Origin: Hydrolagus colliei
Lineage: Eukaryota
Assembly: GCA_035084275.1 (NCBI GenBank)
Contig: CM068756.1
Location: forward strand, 7,626,001 to 7,690,000
DNA: 64,000 bases
Direction of reading: 5' to 3'
Below the pieces are notes generated by a model. It had not been told where the DNA came from and did not search any database. It saw only the letters and a list, made by a program, of their open reading frames with translations. The translations under genes and the position numbers were made by a program. Positions 53,174 through 64,000 of the stretch are shown piece after piece (within the stretch, counting starts at the first letter, position 1; each line of letters opens with the position of its first letter).

Positions 53174-54046
53174 CTACAATGGCGGGAAAATATATATTTA
53201 TAAAATACACGCATCATAACAATATAAAATAACATTAAGAGCAGTAAGATCAGTACAGTGTAATTATAAAACTTATATTAAGGAATACATTTGCAGCGAA
53301 TTGCATACCAATGAATGGGAAATCATTATCAATATCATTTTCCATTTCAGCTATTCTTTCCTGAAACCAAAATTCAAATAACTGAAAACTGTTGTGGCAA
53401 TTCTGCTCTGAGCCAAGTTATCTTATCCTTGTCACATGTTAGTTGTGCCCAATAGCTGCAGTCTTTGCCTCCAAAACATTCATTGTTAATCATTTTATCT
53501 TGTAAATAATTTATACTTTGTAAAAGGCAACTTACAAGAGTAAATTGTAGTTAAAAACCATTGAAAATATATGTACCCTTTAATTCAAAAACCGTTTAGT
53601 TCATTAAGGGTAATTAATATAGGGAACCCTGTTATAATGCAGTTATCATTGGTGGCTGGTCATCTTTTTGATAAACTTCAACCAACTAGCCAGTTACCAC
53701 GGAAATGGACCTTCGCATATTAAATGCCAGTTTAATGATTTCTGTAATCCAGTTTTGCATGGAAGGAAAGAGCTTGCAGTCACATCAGACTCTATGCAAG
53801 TGTGTCTGGGTTGTTATCAAATATCACATGCCACTTAAAGCATCAGGTTTTCATTGCTTCATTGAAATTTTTTTATTGCATTTGGTCGAATTCAAATACT
53901 TCATTTAAAACATTTAGATGCAACTGCAAATGTGTTAACTTTTGTCTCAAGTGCATTTAAAAATAAGTGCATTTGCAATTGGACGCAAGTCTGGTCACTC
54001 CCATTGAAATTAATTAATCTAAAGCTAACTACTATAAATGCAGTTA

Positions 54047-54417
54047 CCGTAAATCTCTGCGTATAAGGCACACTTTTTTTCATGTCGTAAAGTCTCGAAA
54101 GAGGGGGGGGTGCGCCTTATACGCAGATACAAGGAAAAGACGACCAGCCCCCAGAAGTACGTCATCAAACTGCGCCGCCAGTACGACTACCCGCTCTCCA
54201 GGATCGGCAATGCAGACCAGGCGCTACTCACCTTCGATGTCTGGTAATTCTTACTGCACCGCCGCTGGATTTTTTTTTTTGGTGCAAATCTTTTTTTCGA
54301 TAATATCACCAGCGGGAAAAAAAATTCCACTGGCAATATCATCGAAAATGCTTTCATTTTTTTTCGCCACAAGGTGGTCAAAAGTGGGGGGTGCACCTTT
54401 TACGCGGGTATTTACGG
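54047..54417. mobile_element. Tc1/mariner-superfamily (pogo/Tc2-like) MITE
   Basis: TA-CCGTAAATCTCTGCGTATAAGGCACAC ... GTGCACCTTTTACGCGGGTATTTACGG-TA; CpG-rich. Confidence 0.88.
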
Positions 54418-54465
54418 TAAGTGTTTTTTATTCAATGGATATAATTATTATATTTCATCACAAAC

Positions 54466-54747
54466 CCGCTTCATACTGCTCCTTTCTCTGGCCCAAGTAC
54501 TCAGCTAATTTCTGCATCTCTTCAGGATAAAGATGTTTTCCATCACCCAGCAGAAACAGAAGATGGCGAACGTGGCTTGGCACAATGTGGGTTTCCTCAT
54601 AATATTCACGATGTAGGTAATCATCAGCCAAGCTAGCTGCTTTGTATGCAATCTCAAGTCGTTCTTTTTCTTGTTGTTCACCATAAACACGTTTGTGCTC
54701 ACGAGAAATGAGGTCCAAAGCATCATCCAAAGGCATATTACGATGCT
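54466..54747 (-). CDS. NCOA5-like exon containing the LxxLL NR box
   Basis: EHRNMPLDDALDLISR...EKERLEIAYKAASLADD...HLLFLLGDGKHLYPEEMQKLAEYLGQRKE matches NCOA5 EHRNMPQADAMVLVAR...SLINLLADNRYLTAEE; acceptor is clear, donor GG|GTTTGT is weak. Confidence 0.9.
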
Positions 54748-55266
54748 CTATAGAAAAAGGGCAACATTGACAACAAAATTACTCTTGTAATAAGAACTCC
54801 TTCACGTTGGGAGGTTGACCTTAGGCCCTGGACAGTCATTGTTTCAGACTCGAGCTGAGGGGTTGAGATTGGGGAGGATGCAGGGCAGAAGGAGAGGAAT
54901 CGAAGGCATGATCTCTTTGTCATAGCTATAACTTACACTGAAATTTGTGAAGCAGAAACAGTTGCTCATGTAGCTACAAGAATGTGAGTGGAAGTTTTAA
55001 AATATGTACAATTTCTGAACATAATTTATCAGGAGCACAATATAATGCAGAAAAATTATGTTCATAGGAAATTATTTGAAAGGGATTTTAATAATATATA
55101 CAGCATGCAGAACGTGATGCATAAAAATTAAATAATTAATTGAATTTTGACCCAGGTCAAAAAGTAATTGACTTTAAACTGTTCCACTCACAACTGAGTG
55201 ATAATTCAGAATTAACATGTACAATGTTTTGATCCAACTTTGGCGATGGAGCAACTCCCTGTCAGA

Positions 55267-55280
55267 CCACTAGATGGCAC
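55267..55280 (+). promoter_or_regulatory. CTCF core motif CCACTAGATGGCAC
   Basis: Exact match to CCASYAGRKGGCRS; upstream AGCAACTCC resembles the CTCF upstream module. Confidence 0.7.
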
Positions 55281-55511
55281 AGTGTAGGAAATGTATTCTC
55301 CAGTTCAGAACTGACCCAACTCAAGTTGTGGCTTCCCAGAGAAGTTTGGCAGTAAATGTAACAAACATCCTGTGTACAGTTGGAGATATAATTTGCCCAT
55401 CACTCCATGGGGAAAGTTTGTGTGCAGCCCAAAAACAAGGTTGCCTACCAGCATTCTGTCTTCAAATTAGCACATTGCAATAGTATACAAATGTTATACA
55501 TGTGGTGGCAG

Positions 55512-55720
55512 TAATAATAATCCTTGCATTTGATATAGCGCTTTTCACATCTTATCAACTTCTCAAAGCGCTTCACAGAATATACTGTAAAGTGAAGATT
55601 GTATATTTGTGGGCGAGACACGGCAGTAAATTGTGCACTGTAGTGCCCCACAAACAGTCGTGGATTGAAATGATCAATTTTATTATTGTGTTTTTTTGGG
55701 ACGGATTATTATTATGCCTG
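55512..55720 (-). mobile_element. SINE (5' truncated)
   Basis: Same family as 10866-11173. Confidence 0.88.
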
Positions 55721-55965
55721 TGGAAGTATTATTATTAGGTACAGTAGCTTAAAAGAGAATTAGCTTTGAAGCCCACTTTCTAGGTTGGGTAACATATGGA
55801 ATCATATGTCTGACTCATACCATTAAAGTGGTAGGAAGGAGATGCATTCCCTAAATTTCTTATGTTGAATTAGTTTGGCCAGGTGGTCACCATCAGTGTT
55901 AAGCAAAGCAGAGATGGAAGTCTACCTATAAAATATGTTTTCCTACAGCCAGAAACCAGAACAAG

Positions 55966-56272
55966 TAATAATAATAATAATAATCCTTGTATTTGATATG
56001 GCGCTTTTCATGTGTTCTAGACGTCTCAAAGCACTTCACAGAATATCCTGTAAAGTGAATTGACTGTATAATTGTGGGCGAAACGCAGCAGTCAATTGCG
56101 CACTGCAGTGTCCCACAAACAGTAGTGGATTGAAATGACCAATTTTTTTTGAGGGATTATTATTAAGCGTGTGGAATACGGAAACTAGACCAAGGTTTCA
56201 CTCTGCCTGGAATTGAGCCTAGGTCTATCACTTGTAAGGTGAGTGCTCTAAATACAGAGCTACAGGACTCCC
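55966..56272 (-). mobile_element. Full-length tRNA-derived SINE
   Basis: Same family as 10866-11173. Confidence 0.9.
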
Positions 56273-56422
56273 CAAGTATGACCAATTACCCTGCTAATCT
56301 TCAAGTGGCAAATTTGTTTCTTTTATATAAACTTTCAAGGAAAATACAAATTGAACAAAATGTATTACTGGCAGTATATGTTTATGAAATTCTCTATCTT
56401 TTCTATATGGAAACAAACATAC

Positions 56423-56622
56423 CTTTGTGGCCACCGCATAGAATGATCACTGTGCATGATGATAGAGACTGATGTTCTGCACTTATAACAACACAAAAGG
56501 GCGAACCTTCTTCTTTAACATCTTTCAAAGCAGCTTCAAGTGCTAACTCCAATTTAAGGTACATAAGGTCAACAAGAAGCCCCAGTTCTTGCACTCGTCG
56601 TCCTACTAGTTTGGCATAATCC
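56423..56622 (-). CDS. NCOA5-like exon, anticodon-binding-domain-like core
   Basis: 200 bp; DYAKLVGRRVQELGLLVDLMYLKLELALEAALKDVKEEGSPFCVVISAEHQSLSSCTVIILCG resembles NCOA5 DYAESVGRKVRDLGMVVDLIFL...GSPFAIVITQQHQIHRSCTVNIMFG; canonical AG/GT. Confidence 0.93.
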
Positions 56623-56736
56623 CTTAAAATACAAAACATAGGATACATGCGGTTATTCAGATCAGCAACAAATATAAATCTAATGGATATGAATATTTCA
56701 CAAATGATTCAAAACAACAACATCAACAGTTATGTA

Positions 56737-57404
56737 CAGTAAAAGCCCGTTTATACGGCACCCGCGGGACCTGGCCAATGCCAGTTAAAGCACCTGCCGC
56801 ATATTCGGGCGGACGAAAACCCATCACAGAAAAATTAAAAGTTCTTTATACAAGAATATTGTATTGGTACTTATTGTTAAAACTAGTTTCTTGCATTTCT
56901 CACCTTTATTAGTTGAGGTTTATAGTCCAGTGATTCTTTTTAAAATGGAAGACGCCAAGCGTGTGGAAAAAAAAGGCAGCGCAACTTTAAAGCTTTACTA
57001 GCGGCACACCAATAATGCTAGACTCTACTAGTGGCAAGCCGAAATACTGCACCTGCGCAACAATGTGGGTTATCAGTTTGCCGCTAGTATGGCTTTAAAG
57101 TCGTGCTCCGTTTTTTTCACCCGCTTGGCATCCTCCATTTTAAAAAGAATCACTGGACTATAAACCTCAACCGCAGCATCATGGCTTCAGGCGCAGGATC
57201 TACCAGTAAAGGTGAGAAGTGCAAGAGAGTAATTTTAACAATAAGTATCAACACAATATTCTGTTATTATTTATGCATTTACAAATTCTCCACCGCTATT
57301 GTTCTGGATAAGTTCCGGTTTATCGAATGGGGACTTTTTTTGGGGGCATGCCGGTTAGACGAAAATGCCGGTTCACCGAGTCACGGATAAACGGGCTTCT
57401 ACTG
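56737..57404. mobile_element. Tigger/pogo-like MITE with long internal palindrome
   Basis: TA-CAGTAAAAGCCCGTTTAT ... ATAAACGGGCTTCTACTG-TA; internal inverted arms. Confidence 0.9.
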
Positions 57405-57558
57405 TATTAATAATTGTTCTACGTCAAAACTAAATTTCAGAACTACTTTAGTCATACAAATTGCTGCAACCATCCTATGCAAGATAGGAAGCTGCATGTA
57501 TCAAACTATGACCTTGCCCATTTATACTTATGAAAGAAATACCCTTGGAAATACTTAC

Positions 57559-57685
57559 CCTTGTTGCTTGCTTAGAGCTATAACCACACAATCTGCGTAC
57601 TTTTCTTTACTGTAGTCATCCTCTATCTCCTTATAGAACTGCTGATAAAGTTCATCTCGACGGCCATCATCTGGTCTGTAGCTCT
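57559..57685 (-). CDS. NCOA5-like exon (ESYRPDDGRRDELYQQFYKEIEDDYSKEKYADCVVIALSKQQ)
   Basis: 127 bp, donor AGG|GTAAGT; aligns by eye with NCOA5 RREELYRQYFEEIQRRFDAERPVDCSVIVVNKQ. Confidence 0.9.
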
Positions 57686-57859
57686 CTGTCATACACAAGA
57701 TAGGTCATTTTACACAGCTTAATCCACACCTACATTTTAATCTGTTACAATTAACTGCTATCAACAAAGATGCCAAAGAAAATATCCAAACTCATAATTC
57801 CATTAGTATTGTTTGCCACAAACATACATAGAATATATTTCTAACATTTTAGTGGAACG

Positions 57860-58225
57860 TTGTCAGTCTGGCTTAGTTGACAGCACTCATCTGCATGAAC
57901 CATAAATATGTGGTTTCAGGCATCAGGTGAACTCTAATATAGACACTCCATTCTTGGAAGGTGCCATTCCCTGATGAGATGTAAAACAAATGTCCAGTCT
58001 GGCTGTTGAGGTGGACATTAAAAGTTCCCACAGCACGATTTGTAGAAATGGGAGTTTCTCTTGTGTCAATACTTTTCCCCCGTCATTTGTGGGATATGAC
58101 TATTTGTGTACAAATTAACTGGGACATTTTATCCCAAAATACCACACTGACTACACTTTACAATTTGTCCCTGAAGTGCTTTGAAACTTCCCCCAACATG
58201 AAAAGTGCTATACCAAATTTAGGGA
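57860..58225 (+). mobile_element. DeuSINE-like SINE
   Basis: ggtggacattaaaagttcccacagcacgattt Deu-like domain; L2-like tail gaaaagtgctatacc. Confidence 0.6.
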
Positions 58226-58324
58226 TTTCTCTCCCCCCACTCCCCAGTAATTTTATTTGTACTTTCTATACAATTATTCTTGCAAAAATTCAAGGAAATT
58301 GGAAAGGTTAATGGTTAGTCATAC

Positions 58325-58401
58325 CAGGCCAAGTATAGTTGTATTCTTCTGCATTATAACCTTCAGGATACCCACTGTAGTATTCCATTACTTCATTAGT
58401 T
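58325..58401 (-). CDS. NCOA5-like exon (RTNEVMEYYSGYPEGYNAEEYNYTWP)
   Basis: Acceptor gttattttag, donor CTG|GTATGA; 77 bp open, phase 2 to 1, exactly bridging the neighbouring exon phases. Confidence 0.72.
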
Positions 58402-59061
58402 CTAAAATAACAAGAACAGACAAATTAGTTCATTCAAACAATTCACCAAAACAACTCACCACTCTTCTTCACCTAGAAATCTAACAGCAATCATGAATGT
58501 TAAAAGGAAACAGCCCACAGTTAGCAACACAGTTATTTGAACCACATCTTCTGAAACAGAGGTTTTGTTGCAAACATCAAAGTAGACTCAAAACAAGTGA
58601 AGCTTAGCAGCTACATATAAGGCCTTTAACTCCCACCTATTGGTCACAAAAATAAAAAAAAGTTGTAGAAAGTCACATTGAAATCTCCCATGTGGAAAAC
58701 AAGACTGAACTTGGACTCCAAAAAAATCTTTGAGAACGATAAATTAAAGAGCACAGAGAAGTGGAGAATTTCTCCTACTCTTATAAAGCACCAACTAACA
58801 CTCCTGAGTTAAACAAAACATGGGATAGATGGAAGTGCATCAATCTTTATCTGTGCAACACAGTGGAATCCGCTTTAGGCGGACGCCAATTAACCCGGAC
58901 ACCGGGTAAATCAAACAAAATGCCCGCCCCCGTTACATTTGTATTCTTACCAGTTTTAAAAACTGGTTGATCCAGACAAAAATCTCATGAATTTGTGCCA
59001 AATACCACATTGATTGCTGTTATTCTTCTATGTGTCGATTCCCTCCATTTAGTCATGAGGG

Positions 59062-59571
59062 CCTCCCAGATGGGAATGGGATTAACTCTTATGATTGATT
59101 GACAGCAGACTCCAGCCATTGACAAGTGGCTGGAGATGGCCTCGCAATCAGTGAAGAGGTGGAGGAAAAAGACATGGAACGTGAGGAGTCAAATCACGAT
59201 TGATTGACAGCTGGAGTTGGCTTGAAGTTGTTTGACAGCAAAACAAAGGTAAATATTTCACTGAACTCTTTGAGAGTTGGAGTCCTATTTGGTTAGTTAA
59301 CATTGCTGCGTGAAACAACATTATGGAGTCGGCCGGGCTACTCTGCCAGTCGGAAATGGTGGGCGGTGCCTCAGAACATTTAATAATATTGGAGCCATGG
59401 GGAGGGTAACCAGAAACGGGGTTGACCTGAGGATTCACATTAAACATTAGCAGCGGCACAGTTCTTCCCTGTTCCTCCACCCCTTCACTGATTGATAGTC
59501 CATCTCCAGCCACTTGTCGATGACTGTAGTCTGCAGTCAATCAAACTTAAGAGTCAATCCCATTTGGGAGG
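59062..59571. mobile_element. MITE with about 110-bp imperfect terminal inverted arms
   Basis: cctcccagatggga...gacaagtggctggagatgg...aatcagtgaagaggtggaggaa is mirrored by ttcctccaccccttcactgatt...ccatctccagccacttgtc...catttgggagg. Confidence 0.8.
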
Positions 59572-59776
59572 GGGCGAGGTGAAGGGGTTGAGGAATAGAA
59601 TACAATGTAAAAACATAACTATCCAAAGTGGGTAGAGAAATTTAGTACTGGAATTACAATCTTTGCAAGTCAGCAGCTAATATCCACTTAACACTACTAT
59701 TGTCCCAAATAATCCATTCCTTACCAACAAATTACAAATGTTTTAGTACTGAACTTGAAAAAAGTTTTTTCCATAC

Positions 59777-59839
59777 CTGTAAAGGTCAACCCTTTCACTT
59801 CTCAAAGGTGACCGATCTCGTTCTTGAGAAGATGTGGCA
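59777..59839 (-). CDS. NCOA5-like exon (SATSSQERDRSPLRSERVDLY)
   Basis: Strong polypyrimidine acceptor, donor CAG|GTATGG, phase 2-2; RDRSP motif as in the NCOA5 N-terminus. Confidence 0.8.
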
Positions 59840-60453
59840 CTATTAAAAGAAAAAAGAGAAAGGTTATTGAACTAATTTCTTAAAATACCTCAGATAAGTT
59901 GAAGTTTACTTAAACTAGAAATATGACGTGGGGTTGATGGTGTACCCCTGAACCACTGAACATGATTGTGCAGCTCAGCCACAAAAAACTTGAATAAACA
60001 CCAATGTGTCATGTAAAGTGGTATCAGATTTTATTACATACCAGATTTTATTTCATTACATACAATAGGGCCATTTCTGTTTTTCACAACAGCTGAGGAA
60101 AATACCCCACAATAATCGCTTAAACATTTTTTAAACAGCATAAACTTGAGATAATATGCTAATTTTAATATTTCTGTGAAATCAGTAATCAGACATGCCT
60201 GAGGATTTTATATTACACTTTTGAAACACACATATCAACAGCCTTGAACAGCCAACTAATATCTTAATTTAATGAAGAACTTGTAGAATTTTAGATTGGA
60301 ATGCCCCAAATCAACCTTCAAATTGTATATTTATTCAAATATCTGAAAATGTTAGCTCAAGTCTTTAAAGTGAACAGTACTACAAATTACATAGTTGGGT
60401 ATATTTAAATTGTTTATACATTTCAATATACAAAATAAAGAAGTTCTTCTTAC

Positions 60454-60512
60454 CTTTCGTCTGTACTGAGTCTATGTGAGGGACCTACCCTGGAATTTAA
60501 CCAAGCAGACAT
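60454..60512 (-). CDS. NCOA5-like first coding exon (MSAWLNSRVGPSHRLSTDE)
   Basis: Acceptor ttttatttctgtag at 60519, ATG at 60512, donor AAG|GTAAGA in phase 2; a short phase-2 start exon as in NCOA5. Confidence 0.75.
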
Positions 60513-61725
60513 TTTTACCTACAGAAATAAAAGAATTGTTCTAGCAATCTAAATTTAACAGCCACAACAACTTGGAATATTAAAACAAAATATGTGTTCT
60601 ACACAAGCATACAGTCACATTCATCCATACCATGTTGCTCTATTTGGTGGACAGCTACATAAAAACCTCAAAATGTTTGCAAAGAAACACTATACAAGGC
60701 AATATGTGGAATGCAAGGATTTTAATGTAATGTATAAGTTTACTTTTGATGTTGGTAAAATAAATATAAAAACATTTTCTTTTGGCTTGGAGCAAATCCA
60801 TGGTAAAAACAATATACATAATAATCCTTGCATTTGATTTGGCACTTTTCATGTCTTCTAGATGTCTCAAACATTACATTTAATACAGTGTAAATACAGT
60901 GTAAGTTAACTGTATTCTACACTAAGCTTATTCTATACAGGAATAGATAATTTAAAAAGATTGCATTTAAAGTGATATTCACTAGCTCACTTGACTAAAA
61001 TCTAATATCAATAAAAGATATTGCCTGCACTCGTTATTCTGATTGTATGTCTTCTCACACAACACATTCTTTATATACAATGTGTGAAATCAAGTACAAA
61101 ATAAGCAATTTAGCATGCAGTTATTCTACTGAAATATTTTGGAAATTTCCCAATTTCCCAACGCAGTAGAAATCTTATTCAAACCAAGTTGACTCTTAAA
61201 CTTTCAACAGCAGCCATTCTTATGACCTCTTCAACGACTGCCACTAACGTGGAACTAAATTATTTGCAGTTCTGAACTGTGAACCACAAGAAAATGAGTT
61301 GAATTTGCCAAAATACATTTAACAGACAATATTTGAGAGTAGAGAGAAAACTTTCATTTAATTAATTTGTTCTGTATCTCAGCAAAATGACTATGTACAA
61401 TATAATATCACTGTAACACTTAATCTCAACCATAATACTACATCAAATCACCTATAACCATATGGTACAATGTATTGGCAAATTAAGATATTCTTTTTTA
61501 AAAAAAACATTTGTGGGCATTCACACACAATCCATGCACTTTACAGCAAATCCTGTGACATGCTTTGGGGCATCTTGAGACCCTATACAAAATCCAAGTA
61601 CTGTATTATTATATAATAATCCTTGCATTTGATAAGTTATTTAAACAAAATTCTTATGCATACAAGAAATACAAAGGATTATACTGTACAATCAATAATG
61701 ATTAACCACTGACTAATTCCTATTT

Positions 61726-62171
61726 CAGTGTTCTCCACGACCACTTTTGACATGTCCGGCCGACTTGTTTAAATTTAGGGCCGACACATTTTAAATTTCC
61801 AGACACTTTAAATTTTTCTAAACATGTTTGGAAAATATTTGTCAGAAGGATTATTTCAGCGGAGTGAATGGTAAGGAGAGAGTGGCCGGCGCGTCGGGAA
61901 GATGAGAGACACGGGGAGAGAGAGAGAGAGAGTGAATGCCATGTGTGTGTGTGTAGGGCTGGAGGCGGGATGAAGTTGTGGAGTCTTTGCCTCACATTAG
62001 TCACACTCACAGGTCTTGTTTTTAATATTACTGATCATGATATGATCAAGTGTCGAGTGTGTAGTGAGTTTGCTGCATGCGTGTGACGTAGTGACGTAGT
62101 GCTCTGACGTCATGCTGCTGATGTCGAACATAGCTGGAGCACCTTTTAATTTCAGGTTGTGGAGAACACTG
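61726..62171. mobile_element. Non-autonomous DNA transposon with 13-bp TIR and 5-bp TSD
   Basis: TATTT-CAGTGTTCTCCAC ... GTGGAGAACACTG-TATTT; subterminal TGACGT repeats. Confidence 0.85.
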
Positions 62172-62696
62172 TATTTGAATTGTTAAAATACAGCACCAAT
62201 TTGCAGAATTAGGATTGCAAATCCTCAATCTTCGCACCATCAATTTTCCAATCTCAACAATGAAGAACTGAAATGGATTAAGATTGCATTGCCAGTTTGC
62301 AATATTCTATGAGATTTGAAGATTCAAGGTTTTTGAGCCAAGAGATCAACACCTTATCTTGTTTATTAACAAAGGCAGAGCGATTGATTGGCAGATACAT
62401 TCTACTATTGCTTTTAAACAGTTTATTAGATCTTTCAAGAAACTTTCCAACTCTTCTACATATTCAATCCTTACAGAAAATAATACCCCAAAAAATAGCA
62501 ATTACTACAAGTAACTGAGTTGGGGGGAAGGGACGACAATGACGGACTTGCTGACCTGACTTTGCTCTAGAAGTACTGTACCAAGAAATTCAGCGGTCAC
62601 TTCCCATACATTTCTGTATTTTTATATTTTTCAAAGGATATCTAAATTGCCTATTCTGCTAACTGACTATTCATTATGTTACAACTGACATGGCCC

Positions 62697-63007
62697 TAAT
62701 AATAACAATAATCTTTGTATTTGATTTAGCACTTTTCACGTCTTCTAGCCACCTCAAAGCGCTTCACAGAGTATTCTGTAAAGTGAATTGACTATATATG
62801 TGGGTGAAACGCAGCATCCAATTATGCAGAGCAATGTCCCACAAACTGTTATCGATTGAAATTACCAATTTATTATTGTTTTTCTTGACTGATTATTATT
62901 AGGCATGTGACATAAAGAAACTTGCCCAAGGATCCATCCTGCCTGGAATCAAATCCAGGTCTCTTGATTGTAAGGCAAGTGCTCTAACCACTGAGCTATG
63001 GGACTCC
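62697..63007 (-). mobile_element. Full-length tRNA-derived SINE
   Basis: Same family as 10866-11173. Confidence 0.9.
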
Positions 63008-63764
63008 ACAAACTATGTGTCACCACAACATTCCACCTAATATTCAATGTGTTCTAAATGTGTTTACCATTAACATTCTGTTTACCATTGTGTTCCCTTA
63101 CACCATTAAATTTTTAATCCTTCACAAGAAGCAGAGTGCTTCCACCATGGGAAGTAAAGTGTTCCTCCACAAAATGAACAAATCACATGTGGCAACCCAG
63201 CTAGAGAAGAAAAAAAAATCACCACCATATATCCCAAGAAATACAGTAATTACACAGCATCCACTTAGAACAAGTCCAAGAGTCACATTCCTCAATCTTT
63301 TCCACAACCCGCAGGAATGTTATTTTAATCTAAACGTCTGTTCAAAAGGTGCTCGTTTTCCTTCAGTCATTGATATAAATGGAGTTAACAAAACACTGAA
63401 GAGAATATTCAATTTTGAATTGGGCAATATAACAACCTATTCGCTGTGGATTCAAGTCACCATACAAATAGTTGCCATTCTCAAATGTTGTTACTCTTCT
63501 ATCATTTATTACTTTGCACCTACAGAAACAGGCCATACAACTTGCCATGAACAAGAATCAATTAGAAGACTGGTTATACTCCATATCATAGAATGCCAAG
63601 TTATACTTCCCGTAATTCATTCCTTAAAATGCAACCTAGCAGCACTATATTCACTGCAAAGCTTGTCAATATGTTTGGAAAAAGCATTCTGTCTAACTAA
63701 AATCTAAAGAGATCAATAACTACAGTATTAATAAAGGAACTTTTACAAAACATTTGTACATTCT

Positions 63765-64000
63765 CCTGTAGCTCAGTGATTAGAGCATTTTCCTTACAAG
63801 TGTGAGACCTGTGTTTGAATCCAGGCAGATCTAGGCGAAACCTTGCTAAAGTTTCCTTACTCCACACACCTAGTAATCTCTCCATCAAAAAAACACAATA
63901 ATAAAAATAGGTAATTTCAATCCACAAATGTTTGTGGGACACCGCTGTGCATAATTGGCTGCCGAGTTTCGCCCACAAATATATGGTAAGTTAACTTACA
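63765..64000 (+). mobile_element. tRNA-derived SINE (runs off the window)
   Basis: cctgtagctcagtgattagagcatt head and family body. Confidence 0.9.

Noticed and set aside
58632-58646. Third CTCF-like motif
   Set aside because: Mismatches at two core positions

Overview
Vertebrate genomic DNA, AT-rich and rich in L2 LINEs and tRNA-derived SINEs. The repeat landscape suggests a cartilaginous fish, possibly a chimaera (inference). Two spliced genes lie in tandem on the minus strand. (1) The 5' end of ZNF423: coding exons 1-3 at 41733-41772, 28248-28307 and 11833-12033, with a CpG-rich promoter at about 41.3-43.1 kb; the gene continues off the left edge. (2) A compact NCOA5-like paralog with seven reconstructed coding exons (60512 down to 52971, 336 aa, all phases compatible) that keeps the core domain and LxxLL motif but lacks most of the Arg/Asp repeat region. 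Non-coding highlights: a divergent pair of strong CTCF motifs (44346 and 55267), an EBF/ZNF423-type motif cluster in ZNF423 intron 3, a young L2 inserted in the loop of a palindrome and capped by a 55-bp inverted copy of nearby DNA, a Helitron remnant, several MITEs (one with a 5-bp TSD), and a 230-codon ORF faintly resembling a Penelope-like RT. No prokaryote-type system (CRISPR etc.) is present, and I cannot support a claim of a wholly new biological system. All family assignments come from visual recognition, not database searches.
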